DNA of 63,224 bases, the filler included, from Choristocarpus tenellus KU-1152 (Eukaryota; Protista; Phaeophyceae): the NCBI GenBank assembly GCA_964200185.2. It is 11 parts of 11 records of this genome, joined end to end, with 100 filler letters (N's around TTAATTAATTAA, not from the genome) between each part and the next. Parts side by side here need not be neighbours in the genome. Positions count along the whole stretch, not along the records: positions 1 to 2,509 come from CAXNAD020027211.1; positions 2,610 to 8,218 come from CAXNAD020010263.1; positions 8,319 to 18,843 come from CAXNAD020002875.1; 8 more parts are not named here. One strand, 5' to 3'. Below are positions 1 to 13,038 of this stretch, in pieces; the stretch's first letter is position 1; each line of letters begins with the position of its first letter. The notes beneath the pieces are model-generated. The model worked only from the letters and a program-made list of their open reading frames with translations. It was not told where the DNA came from and searched no databases. The position numbers and the translations under genes were made by a program.

Positions 1-199
1 GGGTGGTTTAGAGTCAGGATCGGGTTCGCCCCCTTCTCAACTTTTGCAGTGAAAAACTCACGAAACAAGTGTTGGCTATTACCCACTGTATTGGGCATGA
101 ATTTTTTTTACCGTAACTGTCCGATAGAGTTGGAAGAGTCTAATCGAACATGTGCGAAAGAAAATTGTGCGAAATGTGGATCCCAACATGAACCTACAG

Positions 200-1038
200 T
201 TGAACCAGGTCTGGGTGGGACTATGGATACGTCCAGTCAAGATGCTGCTAGGAAACTTCTGCTAAGTCCTGTGGTAGCAGGATATGCAAGGGGGTCGGAA
301 ATGGAGTCATGTGAGTGTCTCGTGTGGAATGGGGCCGTGGACCAGGCAATGGGTATACACAACAGATATATTCAAAGACCTAGTTTGCTTAAGCACTACG
401 TTGGGACAAGATTTTCGACCCGGGCAGAAGTATGGAAAAGGGAGAGTGCAGAGGTCCAAGGCAGGACTAGTACGGATTGGAAAGGGGCGGAAAGAGTGAT
501 TGCATATTTGTTGAGTAAGAGGGACTTAATTTGGTGATTTCAGTTTTTACGGTAATAAACCTAGGAACTACAACATTGGTTATGCTGATGCAGACTACGT
601 CAATTATAAGATTTCAAGATTTTCTGTGCCTGGTGGCGTGGTAATAATTGGGGGTGCATATGTGAGCTCGTGGTCTAGAATGCAGAAGACTGTTACTTTA
701 TCGACCATTGAGGCTGAGTATGTATCGTTTTGTGGTTTGGCCAAGGAGGTTATGTTTTTACAACAAGTCCATTTTTTTTTGGAGACAACTCTGCACAAGT
801 ATTGTGTATGATTGCTTGAAGACAATAGTGGAGCAATCAAGTTGGCTGAGAAGACAGCTTCGAGGGGTAGGACAAAAATACAGATATTAGATACCATTAT
901 GTACGGAACTTGGTGAAAGAGGGGAAGGTACGGATTGTCTACGTAAACTCAGGTGAACAAAATGGAGATTTGTTTTCGAAGCCTTTGAGCAGTAACGTGT
1001 TTGAATTCCACTCTAGAACTATCATGCACTGTGAATAA
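200..1038 (+). mobile_element. Ty1/Copia retrotransposon pol remnant (RT C-terminus + RNase H), frameshifted
   Basis: Motifs across frames: WKGAERVIAYL, GYADADY, VSSWSRMQKTVTLSTIEAEYVS, EDNSGAIKLA, DIRYHYVRNLV, DLFSKPL; stop at 1036-1038. Confidence 0.9.
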
Positions 1039-1082
1039 GGGGTAGTGTGCAGATTGAATTCATTAGATTCTTGCTGCATGGA

Positions 1083-1516
1083 CAGAGCAGGGGAGTGTGT
1101 CAAGATTTATCTTGTCCCATGTGTGGGAATAAGATTTGAAGTGTGCAGATTGAGTTGATTTGAAGTTGCAATATATTTTCGGACTGATTTGATTCTCACT
1201 GCATAATCAGAGCAGGGGAGTGTGTCAAGATTATGATTGACCATTTGTAAGAATAAAATTCGAAGTAATAATTTATGTACGCACAGATGATGCAAGACGT
1301 TAAGGATATTTAGGCGGGGTATTTGACCAGAAACAATTGGCGGAATGTTAGAGTCGGAGTGTTTCTGACTTGTGCTAGAGAACTGTTGAGTTATTTGGTA
1401 TTCTGAGTCATTTACTTTAAGGTTTGGTGAGCCCCATCGAGTGATGGTGTCTCACTCTCTTCTCAACTGTGATACCAGCTAATAAACAATAATATAACTG
1501 GTTGTGTGGGACAACA
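1083..1516 (+). mobile_element. Polypurine tract (duplicated) and probable 3' LTR of the Copia element
   Basis: CAGAGCAGGGGAG followed by TGTGTCAAGATT at 1083 and again at 1208, just after the RNase H stop. The LTR end near 1516 (..ACAACA) is a guess. Confidence 0.5.
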
Positions 1517-1549
1517 GATCTTCAAGGACAGCTTAACAGACGTTAATTC

Positions 1550-1787
1550 ACCCAGTGAGTCAAGGCAAACGAAACGTCCCCAGGATTGCATTTTGATGAC
1601 ACTGAAGAAAAAATGTACAAATTTCAGCTTTTTGTGCAATTGTGTGTAGAATGCTTATTTCGAAAATTGTGGACAAAGAGAAAGCAAAGCTATCAAGTCA
1701 ATCTTAGCACTTCATCCACAGAAATGAGGGTGAATAGCAAGAGGTGGATAGAGTGACTGATAATGTGGAACGAGCAAGACCTGGGTG
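1550..1787. mobile_element. MITE-like repeat, family A (copy 1)
   Basis: Bounded by ACCCAG...CTGGGT; shares TCTTAGCACTTCATCCA and overall layout with 48078-48338. Confidence 0.55.
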
Positions 1788-2450
1788 CCTCGCTTTGGCT
1801 CAGTACCTACTGGGCATCCACAATGTGCTCGCTAGAGAGGTGATATTATTTTTAAAAAGGGAATCAAGCACTGACTTGTTCGTAATTACAGTAGCAGTAA
1901 CCTAAGATTTGTACAAATTGTTCTCTCCTACTAAATTACAACTGTGATCGTATGTTTCTGTAGCGGAGTGGTTCATTCAGGAAATGGTGAAGAAAAGAGC
2001 CAAGAACTACAAATATTTCAAATATAGGACTTTAAGGTCATAATGGTATTTATGAAACCGTCATCAAGACATATCACCTGTGGCACGTTCCTGATGATAA
2101 TGTCTACGAGCAGTGTGACTGATGGTGGTGCATCTGAAAAGAGGGTGTTGGCGATCTTTCGAAATAATTTTACATTCCTCATCCAACTGATGCATGAACT
2201 TTATAGAGATAAATATCTTGTAGTGGGGTAAAGTGGTACCAGTAGCTTCGCCCTATATGGCACTCTTGGGTTTTTTCGCGGTATCGCCACAACAGTTATA
2301 GAACAGTATATATATCAAATGAAAGCTTATGACAAGAGCGTTTGAAGGTTTGTATCCATGAATGTCCAGGCTTCGGGGAACAGGAACTATGTCTCGATCA
2401 AATAATGACAAAAAAGCGGGGGAACATTTCCGGCTCAATTTTGAAGGTCA

Positions 2451-2509
2451 GGCTCAAAGTATCGGGGAGGGGGTGGTGGCTGTCCATTTGGGGCCAACTT
2501 TTTTCATCT
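2451..2509 (+). repeat. Terminus of high-copy element (GGCTCAAAGTATCTG-polyG family)
   Basis: Related motif recurs next to 11 contig/window ends (see findings). Confidence 0.8.
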
Positions 2510-2609
2510 NNNNNNNNNNNNNNNNNNNNNNNNNNNNNNNNNNNNNNNNNNNNTTAATTAATTAANNNNNNNNNNNNNNNNNNNNNNNNNNNNNNNNNNN
2601 NNNNNNNNN
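2510..2609. other. Artificial contig linker (also 8219-8318, 18844-18943, 22223-22322, 25600-25699, 30002-30101, 49374-49473, 52303-52402, 54924-55023, 59679-59778)
   Basis: Identical 100-bp N-run/TTAATTAATTAA/N-run, with stops in all six frames. Confidence 0.98.
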
Positions 2610-5600
2610 GTACCCCCCCCCCCAGATAATTTTACCCTCATTTATTCCATTTCCATCCCACACTACACACAGAATCGTATCATTTCTCTATGTAAGCAAT
2701 CACTTCCAGAGACAGACACAATGAAGCTCCTCGTACTGAGCACTTCCATTTTCCCAAGGGTGGTCAACCACACCAACACTCCCCAGTCTCTCTCTACATA
2801 TATATCATCACATAGACATCCTTGAGCCTGATTGACCACAAGTATCAATCATAGTAGCATAATAATTCTGTCTCGGGACTAACTAATTATGCTAGTCTGA
2901 TGGCCTACCCCTCCCCACACGAGAAAGAGGATCATCATATCAGTCCAACTCATATTAATAATATCACCAACCTCCTTCGTTACCAATGATTGCCTCCATC
3001 ACTAATTCCTCACCAATAGATATAGCACCCACGAGGGAGAATCCCTGGATAAAGATTCATCCAAAAATGCATACATAGTATATACTCATTATGTACCATA
3101 CCATTTTGTATAGTATGTTATCAACAGATAAGGGGAATCAGGATTGATTTGGTCTTGCTTTTGTTAAAGTATGTTGTAGAATCCCAAATCTTGATGTTGA
3201 AATATGTAGATTAATTCCTTAACAGTTGCGTAGTAGCAGGTAGAAAGTTGGAGTGAGAAACAGCATCCAAACGGGTGGGGGGGTTGTCCTTGTCACCAAA
3301 TAATTCATGTTCTATGGTTCGGTAATCATTAATCACAGAATACTCCCAACAATGCTTCCCATTCCTGAACTCATCCATATTGTAGTTCTTAAACTCAAAC
3401 ACATCTACTATCCTTCAGAACACAAACATTGCCTTGTCATCCTTGGCATTGTGTCGTCATCCTTGGTTTGTTTCTTCTACAAAATCTTCTTTTTTTACAC
3501 ATGAATATAAAGCACATTCTTCACAACTTTGAAAAACGATCATGTACCGTTTTAATATGGGGAAGATATGTATGTGTTTGTCCAGTTCGGTACTGTTGTA
3601 TTGCTGTTCTTGCTTTTTGTCTGGAAAGATAATTAACATTTTTTCTATTTTTTGATACGGTGATGGGTCTATTACAGATATTACCACTATTGTTAGTCGT
3701 GTCGTAAGGAAAAGGCTGTAGAATATCTTGGGTTATACACTGCAACATATCGGTATTGTTGCTTACTTCCCACGCCTTCTACTATATATATGCTTGTCTC
3801 TGTCTAACTGGTGGATGGCGTAGGAATGATATTCTTATCTTGTGCTTAAAGGCTTGGCTTATTTATGGTGAAGTACTCTAAATAGTTGATTAATACAGGC
3901 AGACGGCTATGGTCGTAGTACTACATTATGTGTTTTTCCTGTGACACAATTTCAACCAATAATGGGAACTCAAATATGGGGACATTGAAGGAATGACATT
4001 GCCTGCTGTATTTCAGTAGCCATTTTTTGTTTGTGGCTCTCCTTGCGTATCATCTGCTCAACGTTCCTCTTGTTGCAGCAGTAGAAGATCTACTGTGTGT
4101 TCCTGCCAATCGAGAGGTCGGATGTAGTAGCTGTCAATCCGGCTGCTTTTCGTTATGGGTGCTTGAGTCACATCTATACACGGCAGGTGGTACTATCATT
4201 GCTGTTGCACTGCTTGGAAGCAGCTCTTTCGAAACAGGGCAAGTACATACAGACAAGGTACACGGAACCAGCTAAACACATTAACATCATGATATTATTT
4301 TATTGTTCGTTTCTTTTTTCTCTGTTTTGCCTCCTTGTGTCAACTCAGATCTAGGAACTGAAAGTGAGTGTAACAAACATCCTCGGATCTCTCGTGTGAA
4401 AGAAAATTTAGAGGGAATACTATTGTTAGAAGTAGGCAGAAGCATATACGATTTTGTGTACTTCCCGTGAAAACTTGATGAGTGCTGACAGATGATGAAG
4501 GGTTTTAATACAGGATTGGTTCTAGAGGAAGATGAGTTTACGCGGAAGTACATGAAGAATGTGGGGTCCAATGGCTACTAAAATCGTCAAGACTGGCGAA
4601 CGAGTTGATGGTCCTGATGGGATAGCAATGAGTGTTGGCAAGGATGCATTTTTTTGTTGATGGACGAGTTCTCTCCTTGCTCTCAATTATCTGCGACTAA
4701 AAACATAAAGTCCTGGGAAACCGTAGATATCTATCTTCTGCGTCAAGGAATTACCTTTTGCGATATCTGTATGTTGTGAATATCTTTGTCAACCAGGCAT
4801 AGCATCATCCGTACCTAGGCACTACCCCCGCTTCAGTTCCAAAAGTCCATTCCCCTTTTTATTGACTTCTCTACAATCAAGCCCTAAGTCACATGCAGAT
4901 CCACACAATTTAATCCGGTCTCTATTGTCAACACATGAATATTCACAAGCAATCCTGTTGGAGATCAGTGCACTACAATAGACCGAAAATAGCAAATACT
5001 TGGCGATTATAGGACCTTGTATTGATATAGAAATGTACACAACAATATATCACATGTTTGCAGACAATTTATAACAAGAGATGTGTGTGTATATTAATTA
5101 TTGACCCTGAATGTACCCACTCCAGCTCTTCCTAACGTAAACTGCTGCAACGTAGTCATAGTCTGCCTGCATGTATGTACGAATCAGCTGTGCATGTCTA
5201 CACACAAAAAGGGTAGATATAGTGTCCAAGCTATGGATATTCCTTTCATGAAGGGTGCGCTAATCTTGGAAGATCCTAATACACTCATGCACCACATACA
5301 GAGTAACTGTTCTCTCTTCACATTCCTGGTTCTTTCTCGCTAAGCACTGAACAGGCGACCATTGACTCAAGAACTCTTCAATCCTCTATCAAAAAAATCA
5401 CAACTCACAACTCACAACCCCCCCCCCTCCCATCAGGTCAGGGGCTTACTTGAGGACATGATGGGATAATACTGGAAGGATGTGACCCTTCCTTCCTGCC
5501 TGGATGGACGCCACGTTCCTGCTTACCGTCATTCATGGGTGCCACCACAAAAGTGACAAGTGTCCACCAAGTCAGAAGACAGTACTATAACAGAGCTCTA

Positions 5601-7597
5601 GACAGATTCAAGCACAGACAAACTAGACACAGAGATATCAGATATGACACAAAACAACCCAACCAAGATTGATGTGGAGGTGTTCCTCCTGTCCTCACCA
5701 CTAATCAACATGATGAGAGATAATAGACCAAAAAATACGCACAGGTAATGGTGAGTGGACCAAGCAGCCCACAAATTAAAAAAGGATACAAAAAACTCTT
5801 GTGAGACAATAAAACTACAAACTACCTTGAAATCGTTGCAAATATCCCATCCCCCCTCACCCACAGAGAGAGACATTCCCACTATCTCTTCCTCATTTAA
5901 CACAAGCATCAGAAAGAGAAAAATATCCTCATTACAGTCAAAACACGACATAAACAATAGATGGTGCAAAATCGACCTTCTTTGCACGCCTACTACATGG
6001 TACTACAAGAAAAGACGAAGACCATCCCGTGCACCTCTACATTACATATCAAGACAACAAAAATGTGAACACACAATTCACTACCTCACAAATCAATTCT
6101 CTTCCCCACTCTGGCACGGGTTAACTCCTATCCAACTTCATCTCCAACACAAGCGAGCAAGGTGGTCTCCTTTCACCTCTACTCTCTCTTACTGCTTGTA
6201 CACTTGAGCATCTTCATGCAGGGAGTGCTATAGACTTTCATACCATACACCATGCATGTTCTTGGCATACAACACGTCTCATGACCCTTTGGACACAAAA
6301 TGGACCACGCTCCACCTTTAAACGGATCACCTTAGTTGTCTTGGGTGTTTCAAAACAAGTTACCTTCGAGAGCCACTGTGCTTGGCCCGCAGAACCAAAG
6401 TGAAAGCAGTGCGGAACACAACGACAAACACCAGAGGGCCATAAATTCCCACCCACACATCGCTTATATCCACACTTATCCTGGAAGCATAGTCATCCGC
6501 AGACGCCTTCACATACAAACAAACACACACACACACAGCACATAGCAAGAGGGCATTCAATATTTTTCCAAGTTATATGTAGTTTCCAGGGATAGGAACG
6601 AAAAAAGGTACAATCATGGAGGCTATTGCTCACAGTTGGGACCTAACAGCTCCATAGCAGATTCAATCAGTCTATCACCCTCGGTCGATTCTTAATCTGT
6701 ATTCAATCAGTCTCAACTATATTCCTTTACTGTATATGCACGACCAATTCACACTTGAACCAATCATATCAAATCCGATTTTTGGCTTACAAAACAAATC
6801 AATTTGCAACAAAAAATCACTGGCCCCTCTTGAGATAAATCCGAGTTATGCACGTTGGAGTACATACCCTCAAAATTTAACACTTCTACTCAAAATTCAA
6901 CATTAACGCGCAAACTCTCTCTTCCGTTCATCTCAAATCGTTTGTACACACTCACGAGCACAAACCAGTGGGAAGGGATACAAATCAACGTATCCATTAC
7001 AGAAACTCACTTGTACAAGTTTCACGGGCAAGTGAATGGCATGGACAAATATTTGTAGACGTTTCATAGACGGTGAGAGATAACAAATATTGGTATATGC
7101 TTCATAGACGGTATATCCTTCAGCACAGGAGTGGGGGTACAGACGAATGGGCACATGCCTTCAAACTGTAAAGGATAAGAGCAACACCAACAGGTATCAA
7201 CCCGAGATATGCGATACGCTAGAGACATGATGACACCCAGTACACTACTGGGGCTTCCACAACGTGCCTGCTTATAAAGGAGGGCGGGGGGGTGATATTG
7301 CTTATACTATCATAACAACAACAACAACAACAGGAACCAAGTAGTGACTGTAAGAGATTACATACAGGTATTCGTAATGCGATAGTAGCCAAAGATTTAT
7401 CCACGATTCTCCATTTCTGTCAAATCACAATGTAAGATTCGAAATCTAGGATGAAGAAGGGACAGATCACCTCACCCTTCTGTAGGTGTTTTCAAACAAA
7501 CTGTGTTGTGTTGTGTTTGAAAAACGAAACATTCGATAGTTGTTTTCAAAAGTGGAAATCATATTCGCAAGTCACATGAATCACGTGTACATGTTAA

Positions 7598-7733
7598 CCA
7601 ACAAGGTTACCCGAGAAAATGAGATTTGGACACCAACAAGGTTACACCAACAAGGTTACACCAACAAGGTTACACCAACAAGGTTACACCAACAAGGTTA
7701 CACCAACAAGGTTACACCAACAAGGTTACACCA
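7598..7733. repeat. 14-bp minisatellite (CACCAACAAGGTTA) x7 plus one detached unit
   Basis: Seven perfect units 7631-7728; one further near-complete unit at 7598-7610. Confidence 0.95.
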
Positions 7734-7945
7734 TTCCCCAACATCGAGTTGTACTCAGTACACAGTTTGTGGCAGAAGACATTCCTTGGCAGAAAATGAT
7801 TTCTAGGTCCTCACCGCTCCTTCTACCTCGACGCACAAATACTTGCAGATACTTCTTGTTTAGCAATCGGTTACAAAAAAAGAACAAAGTCACCTCAATC
7901 GAAAGTCATGATTGGTCCAACATTTGAACCAATCACCTCAGCGAG

Positions 7946-7990
7946 CAATAACAACAACAATAATAATAATAACAATAACAATAACAATAT
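7946..7990. repeat. (AAC/AAT)n microsatellite
   Basis: Direct reading. Confidence 0.9.
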
Positions 7991-8379
7991 GAGACTCAAC
8001 GACTACACAAAAAAAAAAATAGCTACACTCCAAGTGGATCCACTGCTGATACAGAACGAGCCCAAAAAAAGCAGTCCTGTACAACCAGTATGGGCACAAC
8101 AATAACCCAACAAGTTCGGTGTGCCTTTAATCAAACACGACAAAGATGACCTGCCCCCCTCCCCCCCCTCCCCCTTTAACCCTAACTCAAAAAGTATCGA
8201 TTGTGACAAACGGAAGCANNNNNNNNNNNNNNNNNNNNNNNNNNNNNNNNNNNNNNNNNNNNTTAATTAATTAANNNNNNNNNNNNNNNNNNNNNNNNNN
8301 NNNNNNNNNNNNNNNNNNCTCACAAACCACCCCCCCCCCAGATACTTTGAGTCATGCAACTGACCCTGCAAACAGGGGC

Positions 8380-9900
8380 GCCTCTACTTTTGCGCAGTTG
8401 GGTCGATACTGTCATACCTAGTCTTCACAGTAGCACCTTTGTTGGAGAGTGTGAGATTGTTGCGTTCCCGTTTGCAAAATCTAATGAAATAAGAGAAAAT
8501 TGTGATCATGAGAGCAAAACTTCAGATAGTGGGGGGACTAAAACAGTCCTATGCTTTTTCAGCGTATTGGCTGATCTAAACAGTGAAATCAGCTCATCCC
8601 TGATGGTACTAGTAAACAAACTTGTTCGTGTGTCTATAGGTCTGACCCAAGCCCAGATCTGCCTCATGTTTGCCTCCTTACTGGACGGTTGAAGGCACAT
8701 GGTTTCTCCCTTGGACTCAGACATAGTAAGCCTCAATGCCCTAACTACCTTTTCAGCCACTGTCATTATCCTGGTCAGACTTCATTTGGATCGTACACAC
8801 AATGTTCACATCATCAGTGTAGAGCATGTAACACTCTCGGGAGCGTTAGTCCACTCTCGGTTGCTGCTCTTCCTCTGAGCAACTCTCTAAATGAAAAAAA
8901 CAAGGTCCTTGGAGATGGCCAGATCAGTGTTGAACCCCTTATCAGCTATACTAGCACTGCATTGAAGAAGACGTCGCATTGGATGGAATGTGTTCGTAAC
9001 GAAGGCCCTACCAGACCTCGATTCAGTTCGTACCCTCATTGTCATCCATGTGGAGAGAGGCCCGGATTCCAAAATGAAACTGGGTGTGATAGTAACAATC
9101 TCTCAGACACTTCGAACTTTGTAAACACAGCTCATAGGGTCGCGGTCAAGAGAACAATATGATTTCTATAGGTCAACAGTACACACGATTGGATCTGCAA
9201 GCTTTTCCCATCTGAGGTCCTGGAGGGAATGTAGAGGGTGTACACCATGTCTACAGAGCACTTAAGAGGGTAGGAGTTTTGCCCTGTTTGTCCGTTAGGG
9301 GCTTAGCTTCCCACCGGTTTTTTATGCCCTTTTTCGGTTTTCTGTGTAAACACAGGAACATGTCAGAGTAGGTAAGATGTTTTGGACCATGAAAGGTTTG
9401 TCTGGAGCAAGGATATTGGCACTTGCCAACAAACACGATAGTCAAAATGAATCAAAATCGCAACATTGGATTTATAACCCCTAATGGACACGGCCCTAAC
9501 CTCTCAAATGCTTTGGCTCACTGTAGAGCATTGAGACTGGAAAACCACAAAATTCCTCATAGAATATGTTCTCCTGTTCCAGGGAAGTTCCTAGGTGTCG
9601 TGCATCAACCTTGACAAGCGCTTTCCTAGCGTGTGCTGCCAGTGATATTCCCCTCCAGTTACACCACACTCCATCCAAAACTTATTGTTGTTGAGCACCT
9701 TGATTACTGCGTCCTTCCGAACCTGCCACATATTTTTCTGGTCCCAAACAGTCAACGAAATCTTGTGGAAACTCCGTAGGATAACCTCGCTCTCGTGAAG
9801 GCTGAGTTTCATCTTCTGGGAGATCATCTGCCTTCATCGCCTCCTTGTTTGTCGTGACTCGAATTGATTCTCCAATTCCACCAGTATCGATGCACCAGCG
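8380..9900 (-). mobile_element. Degenerate RTE-clade LINE reverse transcriptase
   Basis: Ordered motifs on minus strand: KDAVIKVL, NWRGISLAAHARKALVKV..EEFCGF, FHFGIRA, VRALRLTMSESKGETMCL; these match RTE RT consensus (NYRGISL, GLTVSEAKTEIMCL). Many stops and frameshifts. Confidence 0.85.
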
Positions 9901-10265
9901 AGTACCACGTAAGGGAATCGTTGATCAAGAGTTTCGACAATATTGGGTTTGAGGTTGACAGGCCTGGCATTTAGAAGCAGTTCAAAAGTATTTTATCATT
10001 TGCTCTTGATCGGTCATTTCCCACTCAGTAAGCCTCTCATGTGTATGGGAGGCACTCTCCCTGGTTCTCTATACATTGAACTCTTTAAAGGATAGAAAAT
10101 AACACGCTACGGCGAATGTGGTCTTCCATCTTCCTTGAGTAGGTGTCAAGGAGCTCCTGCAACGAGGACGCCTACCCGTTGAGTTGTTGTTGGGCACTTT
10201 CACTGTTTGATGGTGGTTTTGGGGTGTACGCATGGTGTTGCAATACTCGTTCAATCTCCCCCTAG

Positions 10266-13038
10266 GCCTCCAAGAAGCTTGCTTGGGATTGATCCCTTAC
10301 GCGTCACCCCTGGTAGCACCTTCCCATATATATTTTACTGGAACGGGAATACGTTGAGGATTGAGGATCCTGATGAGGTTATGTTGGTTACATGAATATT
10401 GATCACTTAGAACCAATAAATAAAATAAAGTATTCCAAGTAAGATGTTTTACAGGGTAACAAAGAAAGAATGATACCCGCATCACAGAGACCAGACGGGA
10501 CTTGGAGGAAGCCCCGGAAGATTCGGGAAGGTGCGACTCGTAACCAAGTGCTTTCAGCAAGATTGCTGATCCTCGTGTTTGAAACTTGATTTGAAAAGTC
10601 AAGGTGTTTTTTTACTCAAGGATTAAAATCCTTCAACAATGAGTTGGTGGGTGCACCTCTTGCTTGTATCATTCTTCCCCCCTCGTACCGCCTCCGGCTT
10701 TGCGTAGGGTATGGAGGAGCAACACGATACATGCCTCCGGCGTTCCGTACCAGGAGCTCCCCTGATGTCCCCAGATCATTAGACGATATCGTTCGTAGAA
10801 AGGGGAGGGGGAACCTTCGTGCCGCCCTCTTCCTTATCGTGGAGAATGTGGAAGGGCATAGTGAAAACAGGGCGCACTGTTTGGATACTGTGACGAAGCA
10901 GGCAGAAAAAAGTGCTTTGAAGGATCTACGTTGTGAGCAGTGTACACAATTACATAGGGAATCGGGTGACGGTGCTTGCAGTGACGGCAACCTTGACGGG
11001 GATGATACTGATAACTGTTGGTGGACAAGACTTCGACAGGTGACAGGGAAGGGAGTTCATTCTGAGACTGGCGGGCTACTGCTAAGTCTACGCCCAGATG
11101 ATGTTGGTCACCCCAATGGCCAGGAAACCATCATGACGTTCTTGGGGAGTCTGGTCGAGTCCTCATTTGGACGGAAAGATTGTGTGGAATGTGAGAGCGA
11201 TTACGAATGTCAGGCTCTAAGTGGGAGTGGAGAGGAAGAGATAGAAAAAGAGACCGCTCAGCCAAAAGATGAGTGCTATAGTCCTGATCTGCAACCGCCG
11301 ACCAGAAAGGTGGTCATACCTGAGGAGAGGGATAATTCGTCTACTACAAAAAGAGGCAAGAGGAATTGTGAAGAAACAGAGGTCATGAACGACACAGGCC
11401 TGGCTAGTACAGTTGTGCTTGTCTTTGATAGTCGGCTATCGAAGATTGAGCGCGCTGAATTACACCGCCTAGCAGAAAGTTTCGGGATAACAAGCGCTAG
11501 CCATGGGACAGGGGGCGAGAGATTCCTTGCATTGGCAGCTGGATACGCTGGAGCCATTGGACAAGAAACGCAACTTTCAGTAAATGAGGTGATGCCAACC
11601 ATCTTTGTTGTCGTCTGAAGTACCCTAGCCCTCGCTTGTATACTCAGGCTGCATCTAGCTGTGAAGCCATTGAGCTGCTGGATGGAGGCACTATGTCTAT
11701 TGTTCCCGCTAGCAGTAGGGGGGAATTGCAGAGCGTAGTGTAATCGGAAATTTTCTTGATTGCTGACTTGCACCAACTTAAGAAATGCACTTTAACAAAT
11801 GCCCTAATTCTTGTACCTATCTTTTGTCTTGGCCTGCTGGCTGATTCCTCCCAACTCCAATTGTGTGCATTGCCTATGCTGGTGACCTCCCTCCCAACAA
11901 CACACTATTTAAACCACACTCTTCTATGCTATGACCCTGGTTGTGTACTGTATTTCATCTGCTCCCGAATGAACTATTCCATTTTTCTCTTGCATTACAA
12001 AGGAGGAGCTATCTTGGCACTTATTTCAATGGGCTCAAGAAGAATACCATTCTTGCTATGAGCAAATAAGCTTGGCTGAGATAAGGTGTGCATATGACAT
12101 GTTCTCATCACCCCTCCATCACACCCCCTGCATTACTTCAACTGTCCCACACACCACAATGCATTCTATTTTCCTTGGTAATCTGCACAGAAGGATATTT
12201 CTCAAGAAACTGCAGGCGTTTTTTTGAGGGAAGTACTATATTTGTAGGGTATATTCATTTGCCAACACATTGGCACTCACCTGTGCATTTTATTGTATTG
12301 CGTGATGCCATGCAAACATTCTTTTTTGTAGTATTTGATCTTGGTTTGGCATTGGGTGATGTACTAGAGTATGAGCTTTCGCAAGAATTTGTGAAGAAGT
12401 ACTTGTCGACCCAGATACCGGGTGAGCAAACCTCATTGATAGAGTGCTATGGAATGTCCCTGTTCCATGTATCATGATTGGTGAGGTACCATTGTTGCAG
12501 AACCAATTGCCAGAATAATACATGTGCTTATCTGAAGGTGGGTTGGAGATAGTTATCCTGTAGTGTGTTATTTAGACTAGTAGCAGGATCCCAATGCACC
12601 GAGCACATTTGATCTTCCCTGCTTTTACACAGTTTTAAGGCTGCTATATTTGTGAACAGAAATTGAGCAGGGTCAGAGGGATTACCAATTGTGCAATCCT
12701 CCCCCCCCAAAAGTATAAACAGATGACTCAATGAAATCTCTGTGTCAAGATCTTGGGGAGGGTGTGGAATTTTTTTTTTCCGTTCTAACCATGTCTCACA
12801 TATATACTCAGGTTTTGGAAGTGGGATCTGGCAACTAACAGGTCTGACTAGCATCGCATTGCATGGTCCCATGTTGTCGTTTTTGTTGGGCATGAAATCT
12901 CTATGCCTTTCCGTCCCCTGTACCTGGGATCATGTCAGGGAAGTTGTGGCTGCTGGAGGACCTTGCTCAGACATTCACCCGGAGCTCTTCAGCTTGCTGC
13001 AGAAGCGGGGACAACAGCAGCAACAGTTGGGAGTGTAG
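10266..13038 (+). CDS. Spliced gene: PYM/WIBG Mago-binding motif + R3H domain protein (5' end unresolved)
   Basis: Phase-consistent GT-AG exons 10266-10377, 10455-10530 (IPASQRPDGTWRKPRKIREG), 10708-11588 (Y...; R3H: FDSRLSKIERAELHRLAESFGITSASHGTGGERFL), 12003-12085, 12939-13038 (stop). Confidence 0.75.

Noticed and set aside
2510-2609. TTAATTAATTAA repeated at intervals between N-runs
   Set aside because: Artificial scaffolding linker; ORFs running into X residues are artefacts.
7598-7733. 14-bp repeat with one 20-bp spacer, superficially CRISPR-like
   Set aside because: Units are directly tandem and too short, there is only one spacer, and no cas genes; it is a minisatellite.
12331-12421. 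Possible extra exon (ALGDVLEYELSQEFVKKY) in the PYM-R3H gene
   Set aside because: Its phase does not fit the flanking exons, which join correctly without it.
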